The notes under the pieces were generated by a model. That model ran no database searches and was not told the origin of the DNA. It saw only the letters and a program-made list of their open reading frames with translations. Both the position numbers and the translations under genes were made by a program. 64,000 bases of DNA, from positions 5,908 to 69,907 of the forward strand of contig DATGJN010000061.1 of NCBI GenBank assembly GCA_035295165.1, written 5' to 3'. Shown here one piece after another: positions 46,324 through 54,956 of the stretch (position 1 is the stretch's first letter; every line of letters begins with the position of its first letter). This DNA is from a bacterium. Lineage in GTDB: Bacteria; Sysuimicrobiota; Sysuimicrobiia; Sysuimicrobiales; Segetimicrobiaceae.

Positions 46324-47510
46324 GCCGCCTCGCGCCTACCTTTCATCTCCGGCTGCTCCGCCGAAGCCGGTGGCGCGTCGCCCTGCTGGGGGCGCTCGTG
46401 GTCACGGGGGTGCTCGGCGCCCTGGCGTCGGGCGCGTACGTGACGCTCAAGAGCGCTACCTACGCCCGCCTGTACGAGCGGTTGGAGATCGCGGCAATGC
46501 GCGTCTCGGGCATCGAGGGAAGCCAGCTCTACGTCGTGGTCGACGAGCGGGGCCGACCGCTGGTCGGGATTCCTCAGCTGGAAGGCTCGGTGGCGTCGTG
46601 GGAAGGGTTCCGGATCGTCACCGACCCTCAGGTGGGCGCGTTTGCGGTCCTCCATGTGCCGATCGCCGGCGGCGGCATGCAGGTGATCGCCACTCCCTGC
46701 CAGGAGGAGATCAGCGTGCTGCGCGAGGTGCTGCGGGTGCTGACCGCGCTGACGTTGACGGGGGGCCTCGTCGCCCTGCCCGTCGGGTATGCGCTCGCGG
46801 GCTTGGCCCTTCGACCGCTCGACGACGCGGTGCGGGAGCGCAGCGAGTTCGTGGCGCTGGCGTCCCATCAGCTCCGCACGCCGCTCGCCGTCATCAAGAC
46901 GTCCGCGGAGCTGGCGCAGGCGGGACGGGGTCTCTCGCCCGATGAGGCGCTTCGCACGATTGCGCAGCAAACCCAGCGGATCGAGGCGCTGGCGGCGCGC
47001 CTCACCGCCCTCGGCCGCGCTGAAACAGACGCGAAAACCCAGGTCGCGCTGATCGATCTCAGCGAAGTCGTACAGGACGTGGTGACAGGTCTTGCGGCGG
47101 CGGCGCAGCAGAAGGGCGTCACGGTCGGCGTCGAGGGTGAACCGGCGTGGATCCGCGTGGACCGCGACGCCGCCGCCGACATGATCACGGCGATCGTCGA
47201 GAACGCGATCCAGTTCTCGCCGGCAGGCGGGACCGTCTCGGCGCGCGTCCGCGCGCATGGCGGACACGCCATCGCCGAGGTCGAGGACCGCGGGCCCGGG
47301 ATTCAACCGGAGGAGTTGCCCCTGGTGACGGACCCATTCTATCAAGGCCAACGGGCCCGCGGCGGCTATGGGCTGGGGTTGGCGATCGCACGAGCGGTCG
47401 CAGAGCGGCACGGCGGACGGCTCACGATCGAAAGCGTCGTGGGCCGGGGGACCACCGTGCGAGTGTCGCTTCCCGCCCGACCGGCCCCGCCCGGTGTTGC
47501 GCCCGCGTAG
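46320..47510 (+). CDS. Sensor histidine kinase
   Basis: N-terminal TM, H-box FVALASHQLRTPLAVI, N/G boxes ...NAIQFSP...DRGPGI...GYGLGLAIA. GTGA overlap with the regulator. Confidence 0.85.
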   Translation: MSRLAPTFHLRLLRRSRWRVALLGALVVTGVLGALASGAYVTLKSATYARLYERLEIAAMRVSGIEGSQLYVVVDERGRPLVGIPQLEGSVASWEGFRIVTDPQVGAFAVLHVPIAGGGMQVIATPCQEEISVLREVLRVLTALTLTGGLVALPVGYALAGLALRPLDDAVRERSEFVALASHQLRTPLAVIKTSAELAQAGRGLSPDEALRTIAQQTQRIEALAARLTALGRAETDAKTQVALIDLSEVVQDVVTGLAAAAQQKGVTVGVEGEPAWIRVDRDAAADMITAIVENAIQFSPAGGTVSARVRAHGGHAIAEVEDRGPGIQPEELPLVTDPFYQGQRARGGYGLGLAIARAVAERHGGRLTIESVVGRGTTVRVSLPARPAPPGVAPA

Positions 47511-47639
47511 GGGATGAATCGTATGCGGGGAAACGGTCAAGGGACTGGCGTACAATCCCCTTCCGTAAGCGCGAGGGGGTTCGTCGCGGGCGGGTGGCTC
47601 TCGTCGGCGCCCATGTGCATGCCGCGCCGCAACCGACCC

Positions 47640-48038
47640 GCACGCCCTATACCTTCGTGTTCCTCTTATCTGCCAATTATCTGCCAACCAGCCTAGGAGT
47701 AGTGCCCAGAAACTGAAGCCAAGAAAAAGGCACAGGGTGTCCAAGCTCAGGGCAAACCGATACTTCAGCAATAGCAGTATTATTAGTCCCGCTGACAACC
47801 GGAAGAACCCCAAACCGAACTCGCGAGTTTGGGCTATTTTGATCTCGTGATCATCGGACGGTGCATGGTCTCTGAGAAATTGAACAGATGAACCATGCTC
47901 ATATCCAAACACATGCCAGATCGGAAGTAGGGAAAGTCGTTTAGGATATCCATTGCAGCCTGTATAATCCCTGCGTTCAGGTGCTGGTCCGCGGAGTCTC
48001 AACAACCCCATGCTATCCGCGGATGCAACTCTTTGCAC
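47640..48038 (-). CDS. Low-GC hypothetical ORF, probably 3'-truncated at the island boundary
   Basis: ATG at 48038. ...FGLGFFRLSAGLIILLLLKYRFALSLDTLCLFLGFSFWALLLGWL (hydrophobic). There is no stop until the frame runs antisense through the kinase gene, so its natural 3' end appears lost. Confidence 0.2.
47666..47687. repeat. Exact tandem duplication of an 11-mer at the GC-content break
   Basis: TTATCTGCCAA TTATCTGCCAA (47666-47676 and 47677-47687). Confidence 0.8.
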
Positions 48039-48042
48039 CTCC

Positions 48043-48450
48043 TTACGAATGTGGGGTCGATGTGAATCCGCGATAGGTCAGATAGATGCCGACAATAAGT
48101 GAAATGGCCGCGTACACGTAGAAGAGCTGCTGATAGTGCAAATTCGCAAGGAACAATCCAGCTTCCATGTCCTGCGGCAGGAACAGAAAGAGCAGACCCT
48201 TGAGCAGCGCTGTCCAACCGATCAGGGTGACAATCACCGCCAGCGCGCCACCCGACCAGATATTGTGCGCGAGAACCATCGCCAACCCAGCGCCAAGCGT
48301 GATTACACCGACGACAAACATCGCGGGGGCGTCATGAAGAAGGGCCGTTACCGTCACCACGGTGGCCTGTTTGTGAAGGATCATGGATAGCGCTACGAGC
48401 GTACAGTATAGCCCGAGCAGCCTGCTAAGAAAAACCGTGAGCGGCGACAT
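48043..48450 (-). CDS. Small integral membrane protein (4 predicted TM), unknown function
   Basis: ATG at 48450 preceded by GGAGGG. MSPLTVFLSRLLGLYCTLVALSMIL... Confidence 0.6.
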   Translation of the reverse strand: MSPLTVFLSRLLGLYCTLVALSMILHKQATVVTVTALLHDAPAMFVVGVITLGAGLAMVLAHNIWSGGALAVIVTLIGWTALLKGLLFLFLPQDMEAGLFLANLHYQQLFYVYAAISLIVGIYLTYRGFTSTPHS

Positions 48451-48639
48451 GGCGCCCTCCAACTTGAGTCGAAACGCTACGCCGTGCCACGACCACGCCG
48501 TGGAACGGGACGTGCGACAACGTGAACTACGTCATGAAAGGTATCCCAGATGCAAACTGTTCTGTTTCTCGTACCGCCGACCCCGAGGATTGAAAGATTT
48601 GGTCCACTCATTGGACGCACAAAAATTGCACCGAAATAC

Positions 48640-48684
48640 TGGCTCCTCGGGTAGGACTCGAACCTACAACCCTCCGGTTAACAG
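48640..48684 (-). other. 3' half of a tRNA-Asn(GUU) gene (anticodon loop to CCA), with no 5' half: an att-type remnant
   Basis: Minus strand: CTGTTAA-CCGGA-GGGTT-GTAGGTTCGAGTCCTAC-CCGAGGA-G-CCA. Upstream sequence cannot pair with the anticodon or acceptor 3' strands. Confidence 0.7.
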
Positions 48685-48691
48685 TCGTGGC

Positions 48692-49180
48692 CTAAGATGC
48701 GCCCGCCCTTATTTTCCACGAGTTCCCGTGTCTTGCCTCCGTTCTGCGGGAGGTGCAATGGAGGTGTAGCCTATTGACGCGCTCACCGCTCGGCTCCCGC
48801 GCCGCCGGCTCCTGCATCCCCGGGAGCACGTGCGCGTAGGTGCCGAGCGTGAACTGGGCCGAGGCGTGCCCGAGCCGCGCCTGCACCACCTTGATGCTGA
48901 CGCCCCGCTGTAGGAGATAGGACCCGTGGGCGTGGCGGAGGTTGTGAATCCCGCGCCGTCGGGCAATCCCAAACACCGACACAGTGGCTGGAGGTCGCGC
49001 AGTCGGAAGTTGTGGACGCGGGCGGGCTTCCCGGTCGGCTGGCAAAACACGAGGCCGAGATCGTGCCATTTGGGGCATTGTCGCCGCGGGCACGCACCCC
49101 CTTGCTCACACAAACCATGCCGGCCGAGACGCCGGACCCGCTCCGTCGCCCGCCGCTCGCGGACGGCGCGCAAAGGAAAT
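48692..49180 (-). pseudogene. Tyrosine recombinase (phage-type integrase): C-terminal catalytic region only, frameshifted
   Basis: Frame a: ...LGLVFCQPTGKPARVHNFRLRDLQPL... Frame b: ...RRGIHNLRHAHGSYLLQRGVSIKVVQARLGHASAQFTLGTYAHV (HxLRH...LGH...Y). No N-terminal domain. Confidence 0.7.
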
Positions 49181-49513
49181 CATTCGCCGCGATGCTACTG
49201 AACCCGCAGCGTTTAAGCACAAGGCGTGACTCATCAATATCAATCTCAATCGGACTGCCGCTAAACCTTCGCTGTACGAGGCCACTCGGCACGCGTGGAA
49301 GATAAGTTGATCTAATGTCAAGCAGGCCGAGGTGATTCTGGCAGTCATTCAGGGGCTCATTGTCGGCGCCTTTGTTGCAGACGACTGGTTGCCTGCAAGA
49401 TCAGCGAACTTTCCAGGCCCCGAGGATGTACCCGGCCGGTTTGGCTTCGTAGCCGGGAGGCTCCTATGGAAATACAAAGGGCGTACGTGAGCAAGCGCGT
49501 TCCTGATGAATAA

Positions 49514-49690
49514 GAGGCCCGGATTCTCGCGATCGCGGACAGCTACGACGCGATGACCACGTATCGCGTCCACCACAAAGCATTGTCGCATGAACGGGCC
49601 ATAGTGGAGTTACGCTGCGAAACAGGACGGCAATTCGATCCGCAGTCGGTCAACCTGCTGATCGAACGTCTGACGAGCGAGAACAACGAG
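49514..49690 (+). pseudogene. C-terminal fragment of an HD-GYP/HD-domain protein
   Basis: Directly after an in-frame TAA: EARILAIADSYDAMTTYRVHHKALSHERAIVELRCETGRQFDPQSVNLLIERL. No upstream HD domain. Confidence 0.55.
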
Positions 49691-50265
49691 CCAAGCGAAC
49701 ACCACTCTCGCGGGTGGGATCGTCCGGGGCGAGATATAGACAGCAGCCGCGAGGAGAAAAGCCCGTCGAAGTCGAGTACTCAGAATGCCTCGCCGACGAG
49801 CTGCATTCAACGTCGCTGAAACGCCTCCGCAGATGTCTGGCGTTCAGCACCCATTGGCACAACGAGGATTACTGTCGCGTTACCGAGAGCCCGTTCCCGA
49901 GTCGTCGCCGGGGGCGGGCTCGTTTGCCGCGGATGGGCGGGCAGGAATTGAATGAGCCCCCGTCTTAGTCCAACGCGTTTCCCTCCCCGGCGTGAAGTGG
50001 ATCGCGACAACCCGGCGCGCCTTCACACGGCTTGGACTCGATAAGCCAGGGCCGACGAGCTTTCCCGCGCCCTTAGCCCATGCTGGCCGAACCGGGGAAA
50101 GCAGCGTTCGACCATGAGGAAATGGATTGATGAGCCGATGCGGGCACGTTCGGAGTCTTCGCCGGTATCCGCGAGAGGAGGTGATGGACTGCGCCACAAA
50201 ACCTAGCAACGCAATGTGCTGCGATAGAACCAGCGCATTCAAAACGTTCGAAGAGGAGAACCAGA

Positions 50266-50688
50266 ATGGCCCAGACGACTGTTCACGTACGAAATATTCG
50301 CGGGGCTTCGGCGGCGGTTGGCTGGACCGGACATCGCACGGTTACGGTAGACCGAGCCGAGCAAGCAGGCGGGATGGGCCTCGGGTTCAACGGCGGCGAG
50401 TTATTATTGTTAGCCATTGGAGCATGTTACACAAACGACCTGTACCGCGAAGCGGCGAAGCAGCAGCTCACGATCCAAAGCGTGCAGGTGGATGTGGATG
50501 CTGATTGGAGTGGCGATCCTGTTCGGGCGCAGAATGTGTCTTTCTCCGTGAAAGTCGAAGCCCGTGCCAGCGAGCGGGAAATCCTCGATCTGATCACCCA
50601 CACCAATCGAGTCGCAGAAATCCATAATTCTCTTAGAATGGGCACAGCTGTTGAACTCGGCAAGACAGAAGCAATCTCAGTCAGGTAA
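50266..50688 (+). CDS. OsmC family protein (peroxiredoxin-like)
   Basis: 140 aa. ...GFNGGELLLLAIGACYTNDL...ILDLITHTNRVAEIHNSL. Confidence 0.85.
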   Translation: MAQTTVHVRNIRGASAAVGWTGHRTVTVDRAEQAGGMGLGFNGGELLLLAIGACYTNDLYREAAKQQLTIQSVQVDVDADWSGDPVRAQNVSFSVKVEARASEREILDLITHTNRVAEIHNSLRMGTAVELGKTEAISVR

Positions 50689-51023
50689 TAGAAAGGCCCA
50701 CTTCAAAGGGGAGCGCGTCAGCGCTGGGCCGGTAGGCAGCGGGCTTTCAATGGAGACTCGCAAGATGATCCCCGAAGAACTCAAAGCGACCCGTGCCGAG
50801 ACCTGTCGGTTCGCGCCAGTGCCGACTCTCCGAGACCACTGGGGCGAGCTGCGTACAGATTTGACGCCACACTAGGTGAAACCCACACTCGTCGTTGAAG
50901 TGGTATACCGCCGGTTCGCGGACGCGGGCTACGCCATGTGTCTCTGAAAGCACTACGAGCGGAAAAGGAGCCCCACGAGGTTCGGTTTTCCTAACCGACC
51001 TGGTTGACTTGCTGGCCGACATC

Positions 51024-51962
51024 ATGAGACGGGGAATCGGCGTTCTCAGGCGAGTAGTCGAGGCGGTGGTGCCCGAGCCTGCGCTCATCGCGCTTGCCGC
51101 CCTGCGCGGGCACAAGCGGACATTCGGTGTGTATCCGAATCTCATCTCTCCGAAGACATTCAGCGAAAAGGTGCTGTACCGCTTGATCTTTGATCGACGA
51201 CCGCTGTTGATTACGCTGCAAGACAAGTACGCAGTGCGCGACTACGTCCGGGACAGAATCGGGGAACACATGTTGCCACGACTCTACTGGGTAACCAAGA
51301 CGCCGGCGGACATTCCGTTCGACGATCTTCCGGACAAATTCGTGGTGAAGGCCACGCACGGCAGTGGTTGGGTCCATCTCGTTCCCGACAAGGCACGCCT
51401 TGACCGGCGCGACCTCCTGGATAGATGTACATGCTGGCTGCGATGGAACTATTACAATTACGCACGGGAGTGGGCGTACAAACATATCGAACCCCGGATC
51501 ATCGTAGAGGAGTTTATCAGCGACGGTAGGGGGCCGGCCCCTGTGGACTACAAGTTCTACGTTTTTGGCGGCAAAGTTCACTTGATCTATGCGATCATCG
51601 GGAGATTCATTGACGTTCGAAACAATGGGTACACGCGCTCCTGGGATCGAATCGAGATGAAGACGCGGGGGAAATCAATCGACCAGCCGATGCCACGCCC
51701 ACCCCATCTCGATGAGATGCTCGAGTACGCTGAGAGACTCGGTGACGGGCTCGACTTTCTCCGCGTGGACCTCTACGACGCCGGCAAAGTGTATTTCGGG
51801 GAAATGACATTGTATCCGAGCGCGGGCGGTGAGTTCTTCGACCCAAAGTGGAATCGTTATTTTGGCGAGCTATGGAATCTTCGGGTTCGTTCGCTTCGTC
51901 GCGACAAGTCCGATAGTGTAATCTCGACGAGTCCTCAAGGACCGCATCGGCACCGCAGCTGA
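51024..51962 (+). CDS. ATP-grasp fold amidoligase family protein (TupA-like)
   Basis: ...NLISPKTFSEKVLYRLIFDRRPLLITLQDKYAVRDYV...KFVVKATHGSGW...DYKFYVFGGKV...LRVDLYDAGKVYFGEMTLYPSAG. Confidence 0.8.
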   Translation: MRRGIGVLRRVVEAVVPEPALIALAALRGHKRTFGVYPNLISPKTFSEKVLYRLIFDRRPLLITLQDKYAVRDYVRDRIGEHMLPRLYWVTKTPADIPFDDLPDKFVVKATHGSGWVHLVPDKARLDRRDLLDRCTCWLRWNYYNYAREWAYKHIEPRIIVEEFISDGRGPAPVDYKFYVFGGKVHLIYAIIGRFIDVRNNGYTRSWDRIEMKTRGKSIDQPMPRPPHLDEMLEYAERLGDGLDFLRVDLYDAGKVYFGEMTLYPSAGGEFFDPKWNRYFGELWNLRVRSLRRDKSDSVISTSPQGPHRHRS

Positions 51963-52272
51963 GGGGCGGCTGGATCGTCGAAGCCGCGCGATAGACGGCC
52001 GCCTGAGGCACTCGCCGTTTCAGTCTGCACTGCCATTGGCTCCGATCGCCTGTTCATCGACGACAAATTGTCCACACCATGCTAGCCACATTGTCCCGAT
52101 TTTCCGCGAACGAAGAAGCCGGATTGTGAGGGAGTTGAGGCCATGGTACAAGTAGTGACGGAGGCGCAAACCCTCCGCCAAAAACCCCGACTTCAACGCT
52201 CGAGCCCCCCGTCAGGCGTACTTCGGGAGTCCTCTGGAGAACGACTAACCGGGCGGCGCAGGCGACAAGACG

Positions 52273-52866
52273 GTGAGAAGCCGGGTTGGGGAGCGCGCCT
52301 CCCTGAAATTTCTCGGGGGTGACTCAGTGGCAATCGCGGCGAAAAGGCTGAAGTCGTGCGAGCTCTCCGAACCCAACCTGACGGCGTTACGAGATGCGAC
52401 GGTGTTGCTCACGCGCTACTTCTTCGATGCGGTGAACGAGCTGAGCAAAGGCGTGCCCAACGAAGACACCTGGACGTCCGAATATCTCCCCTCGAAGTAT
52501 CGGGCTTCGTACGATGAGGCGTTCGCCCGTCAATTCCTCACAGGTTTCCTCGCGATGAGCGCAAAGCTCTGGGACGGCGGTGCATTTCGCCCGGCATGTG
52601 TGGGAGAACAACTCGCCTTTCACGCCCTACTCGATTTCGCTCAGGCGACGCTCGAAGCTCGTGGCACGGAAGCGGACTTCGGCCTGCTGTGGGATCTCGC
52701 GTACGATGACTTGGGAGCGAAGACACTTGTTCGCGTTGTCCAGCGTGATCGATCCGCGGCTCGAGTTCCGCGAATGGTTCCGTCCCTTCAACGACGAGGG
52801 CGTGGTTCATCCGTCGATTCGGTTCCGGGATCTTGTCCTGACACGTCTCTCGTGACGGAAGAGTAA
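52273..52866 (+). CDS. Hypothetical protein, possibly frameshifted near 52715
   Basis: 197-aa ORF. An overlapping +1-frame ORF (52580-52855) gives a more protein-like C-terminus: ...HLFALSSVIDPRLEFREWFRPFNDEGVVHP. Confidence 0.4.
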   Translation: MRSRVGERASLKFLGGDSVAIAAKRLKSCELSEPNLTALRDATVLLTRYFFDAVNELSKGVPNEDTWTSEYLPSKYRASYDEAFARQFLTGFLAMSAKLWDGGAFRPACVGEQLAFHALLDFAQATLEARGTEADFGLLWDLAYDDLGAKTLVRVVQRDRSAARVPRMVPSLQRRGRGSSVDSVPGSCPDTSLVTEE

Positions 52867-52909
52867 CCGGAACGCAGGACGACTTGAGCGCCGAACAAAA
52901 GCAATCCCC

Positions 52910-53787
52910 ATGTGCGGCCGCCCCGGTATCTAGCTGATCCCCGGACTCGTCGCACAATTCTTTCGGGCGGGCTATGAACCGGATCCGCGAATCGAGCCCA
53001 CGTGGAACCTCGCCCCCAGTCAAAGCACGATGGTGGTGTTGCGCGACGTCGAAACCGGGAGCCGTCGTCTTGAGCGCCTCCAATGGGGATTCCTGCCACG
53101 ATGGGCCAAGGATCCGATGCACACCCGGCGCCAGATCAACGCTCGCGGGGAAACGGTGACTACCTCGGGCCTTTTCCGTGACGCCTTCGCGAAGCGGCGG
53201 TGCCTCGTTCCCGCGTCAAACCTCTACGAGTGGAAATCGCAACCCGGGCAGCGGCAGAAACAGCCCTACGCCGCGCCGATGGCCACTTGTTAGCCCTCGC
53301 GGACCTGTGGGAAGCGTGGCACGACGCTGACAGAGATAGCTATCTATGCACGTTCACGATCGTGACGACGGAAGCCAACGGCGAGATGGCGCAGGTTCAC
53401 AATCGTATGCCCGTGATCCTCGAGGAGTCCGACTGGCCCGTGTGGTTGGGTGAGACGGAAGGCGACCCCAAGAGTCTCATGCGGCCGGCATCGGAGGGAA
53501 TGCTTCGCATTTGGCCCGTGAGCCGCAAGGTGAACAGTCCCGCGAACAACGGGCCCGAATTACTTGACGTGGTGAGTGAACCACAGCAAAGCGGCCTCGC
53601 TCTGAGACAAGCAGGTTCGCACTATCCTCGGGCGGCGGCTCGCTCTCGTCCGGCGGTGTCGGAGCAACTTCCTCAACTCGCGGGATTGCCCGTCGTTCCC
53701 GCCCCACCCTCGCGAGGATCACTTTCTTGGCTGCCTCTGTTAGTCGTGTCACCTCTTGCGGAGACAATGCTTCAATCGGGCCGGTGA
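52910..53787 (+). pseudogene. SOS-response-associated peptidase (SRAP/YedK family) with at least two frameshifts
   Basis: ATG-TGC-GGC-CGC (MCGR) at 52910, then a stop after 7 codons. Continues in other frames as ...NLAPSQSTMVVLRD...LQWGFLPRWAKDP...LVPASNLYEWK and ...ADGHLLALADLWEAWHD...FTIVTTEANGEMAQVHNRMPVIL...RIWPVSRKVNSPANNGPELL. Confidence 0.75.
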
Positions 53788-53935
53788 CGCCCTGCTTCCG
53801 CAGCCACGCTTTGGCTCGTGCCTCCATATTACCCTGTGCGGTGGACGCGCCGGCAATGAACGTTAGGAAGTCCTTGTGGGTGATGTAGCCGCCTTCTACG
53901 GTTCGAAGGAAGCCGGGAAACTCATGCTCAGCCAT
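53477..53935 (-). CDS. Hypothetical protein
   Basis: ATG at 53935. MAEHEFPGFLRTVEGGYITHKDFLTFIAG...EARAKAWLRKQG... The 3' third overlaps the SRAP pseudogene tail convergently, so its real extent is uncertain. Confidence 0.4.
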   Translation of the reverse strand: MAEHEFPGFLRTVEGGYITHKDFLTFIAGASTAQGNMEARAKAWLRKQGVTGPIEALSPQEVTRLTEAAKKVILARVGRERRAIPRVEEVAPTPPDESEPPPEDSANLLVSERGRFAVVHSPRQVIRARCSRDCSPCGSRAKCEAFPPMPAA

Positions 53936-54019
53936 GCTTGGCCTGTTCCTGGTGTTCGGTACGCGGCTCCTGCCGAACGCGGCTAGCCCAAGGCAAGGAT
54001 GGGTACTACCTAACAATAA

Positions 54020-54132
54020 GTGTGGCGGAGCGGTTCCGGGCCGGGGAGTCAGCGTTCGTGCCGGCTGTTACTCACGAATGCACCCGTGCGGCGGGGTCTC
54101 GTGGGTTTGAATCCCACATCCCTCCGCCACAC
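54020..54132 (+). ncRNA. tRNA-like structured element of unknown class (not a canonical tRNA)
   Basis: 11-bp terminal stem GTGTGGCGGAG/CTCCGCCACAC. 9-bp hairpin GCGTTCGTG/CACGAATGC. 4-bp hairpin CCCG/CGGG. T-arm-like GTGGG-TTTGAAT-CCCAC. Confidence 0.3.
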
Positions 54133-54215
54133 CCGTTCACCCGAGGTAGACAGGAGTCACTGTTCGGTGCAGGGGTCCTGCCGAACGAACACTCTCTGGC
54201 TCAGACGTGTGGCGG

Positions 54216-54653
54216 CTACGCTGGACGCAACTCCGACGTGCAGTACGCACAGCGGCTTGCCTTGAGCGGGACCGCGGAGAGACAGAAAGGACACTCACGC
54301 GTCGTGGGGACTGTTGTGGGTGCGGGTCGCCGCATCCTGTTGATCTGGCGAAGCATCAGGAAGATCACGAATGCCAGGATCAAGAAGCCGATGATCGTGT
54401 TGATGAAAATTCCGTAGTTGATCGTGGGGGCGCCCGCGGCTTTCGCAGCGGCGAGCGAGGCGTACGGCCCCCCACGCAGCGGCACGAACAAATTGGTAAA
54501 GTCGACCCCATGGAGCAGGAGCCCGATTGGCGGCATGATGATATCATTTACCAGGGACGTGACGATCTGGCCGAACGCCACGCCGATCACGATCCCCACC
54601 GCCATATCCACCACGTTGCCGCGCATGATGAACTCGCGAAACTCCTTTAGCAT
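54216..54653 (-). CDS. mscL: Large-conductance mechanosensitive channel with a C-terminal CxxC...CxxC tail
   Basis: [43 protein letters not shown]... C-terminus ...[24 protein letters not shown]. Confidence 0.9.
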   Translation of the reverse strand: MLKEFREFIMRGNVVDMAVGIVIGVAFGQIVTSLVNDIIMPPIGLLLHGVDFTNLFVPLRGGPYASLAAAKAAGAPTINYGIFINTIIGFLILAFVIFLMLRQINRMRRPAPTTVPTTRECPFCLSAVPLKASRCAYCTSELRPA

Positions 54654-54692
54654 GAGCGGCCTCCTTCGACTATCGGGTGATGCGTTGCCTCT

Positions 54693-54956
54693 CTAGGCCC
54701 TGGCCCGTTTCCCCGAGACCGCGCGGATGATCAGCAACAGGATCACGCCACCGATGAAAGCCACGACGATGGAACCGATGTTGAGCCCAGTCACGCCGGC
54801 ATGCCCCAACTGTCTAAAGATCCATCCGCCAAGAAGGGCTCCAACGATGCCGATCACGAGGTCACCGATGAGGCCACCGGGGCCCTCACCTGGCACGACC
54901 ATTCTCGCAAGCCATCCCGCTATAATGCCGACGACAATCCACGCGAGAATACTCAC
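54693..54956 (-). CDS. GlsB/YeaQ/YmgE family stress-response membrane protein
   Basis: GTG at 54956 preceded by AAGGAGG. SILAWIVVGIIAGWLARMVVPG....GLIGDLVIGIVGALLGGWIF. Confidence 0.8.
   Translation of the reverse strand: MSILAWIVVGIIAGWLARMVVPGEGPGGLIGDLVIGIVGALLGGWIFRQLGHAGVTGLNIGSIVVAFIGGVILLLIIRAVSGKRARA

Noticed and set aside
45921-47600. Bulk of the 705-aa minus-strand ORF 45921-48038
   Set aside because: It runs antisense through the response regulator and histidine kinase genes. Only the low-GC first ~130 codons (48038 downward) could be real, and they are listed separately with low confidence.
54020-54132. Interpreting the tRNA-like element as tRNA-Sec, a 9/3 or 8/4 allo-tRNA, or a retron msr-msd
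   Set aside because: There is no U-preceded UCA anticodon in a 7-nt loop. The T stem is separated from the acceptor-like stem by 4 nt, so 8/5, 9/3 and 8/4 folds all fail. No reverse transcriptase gene is adjacent on either side.
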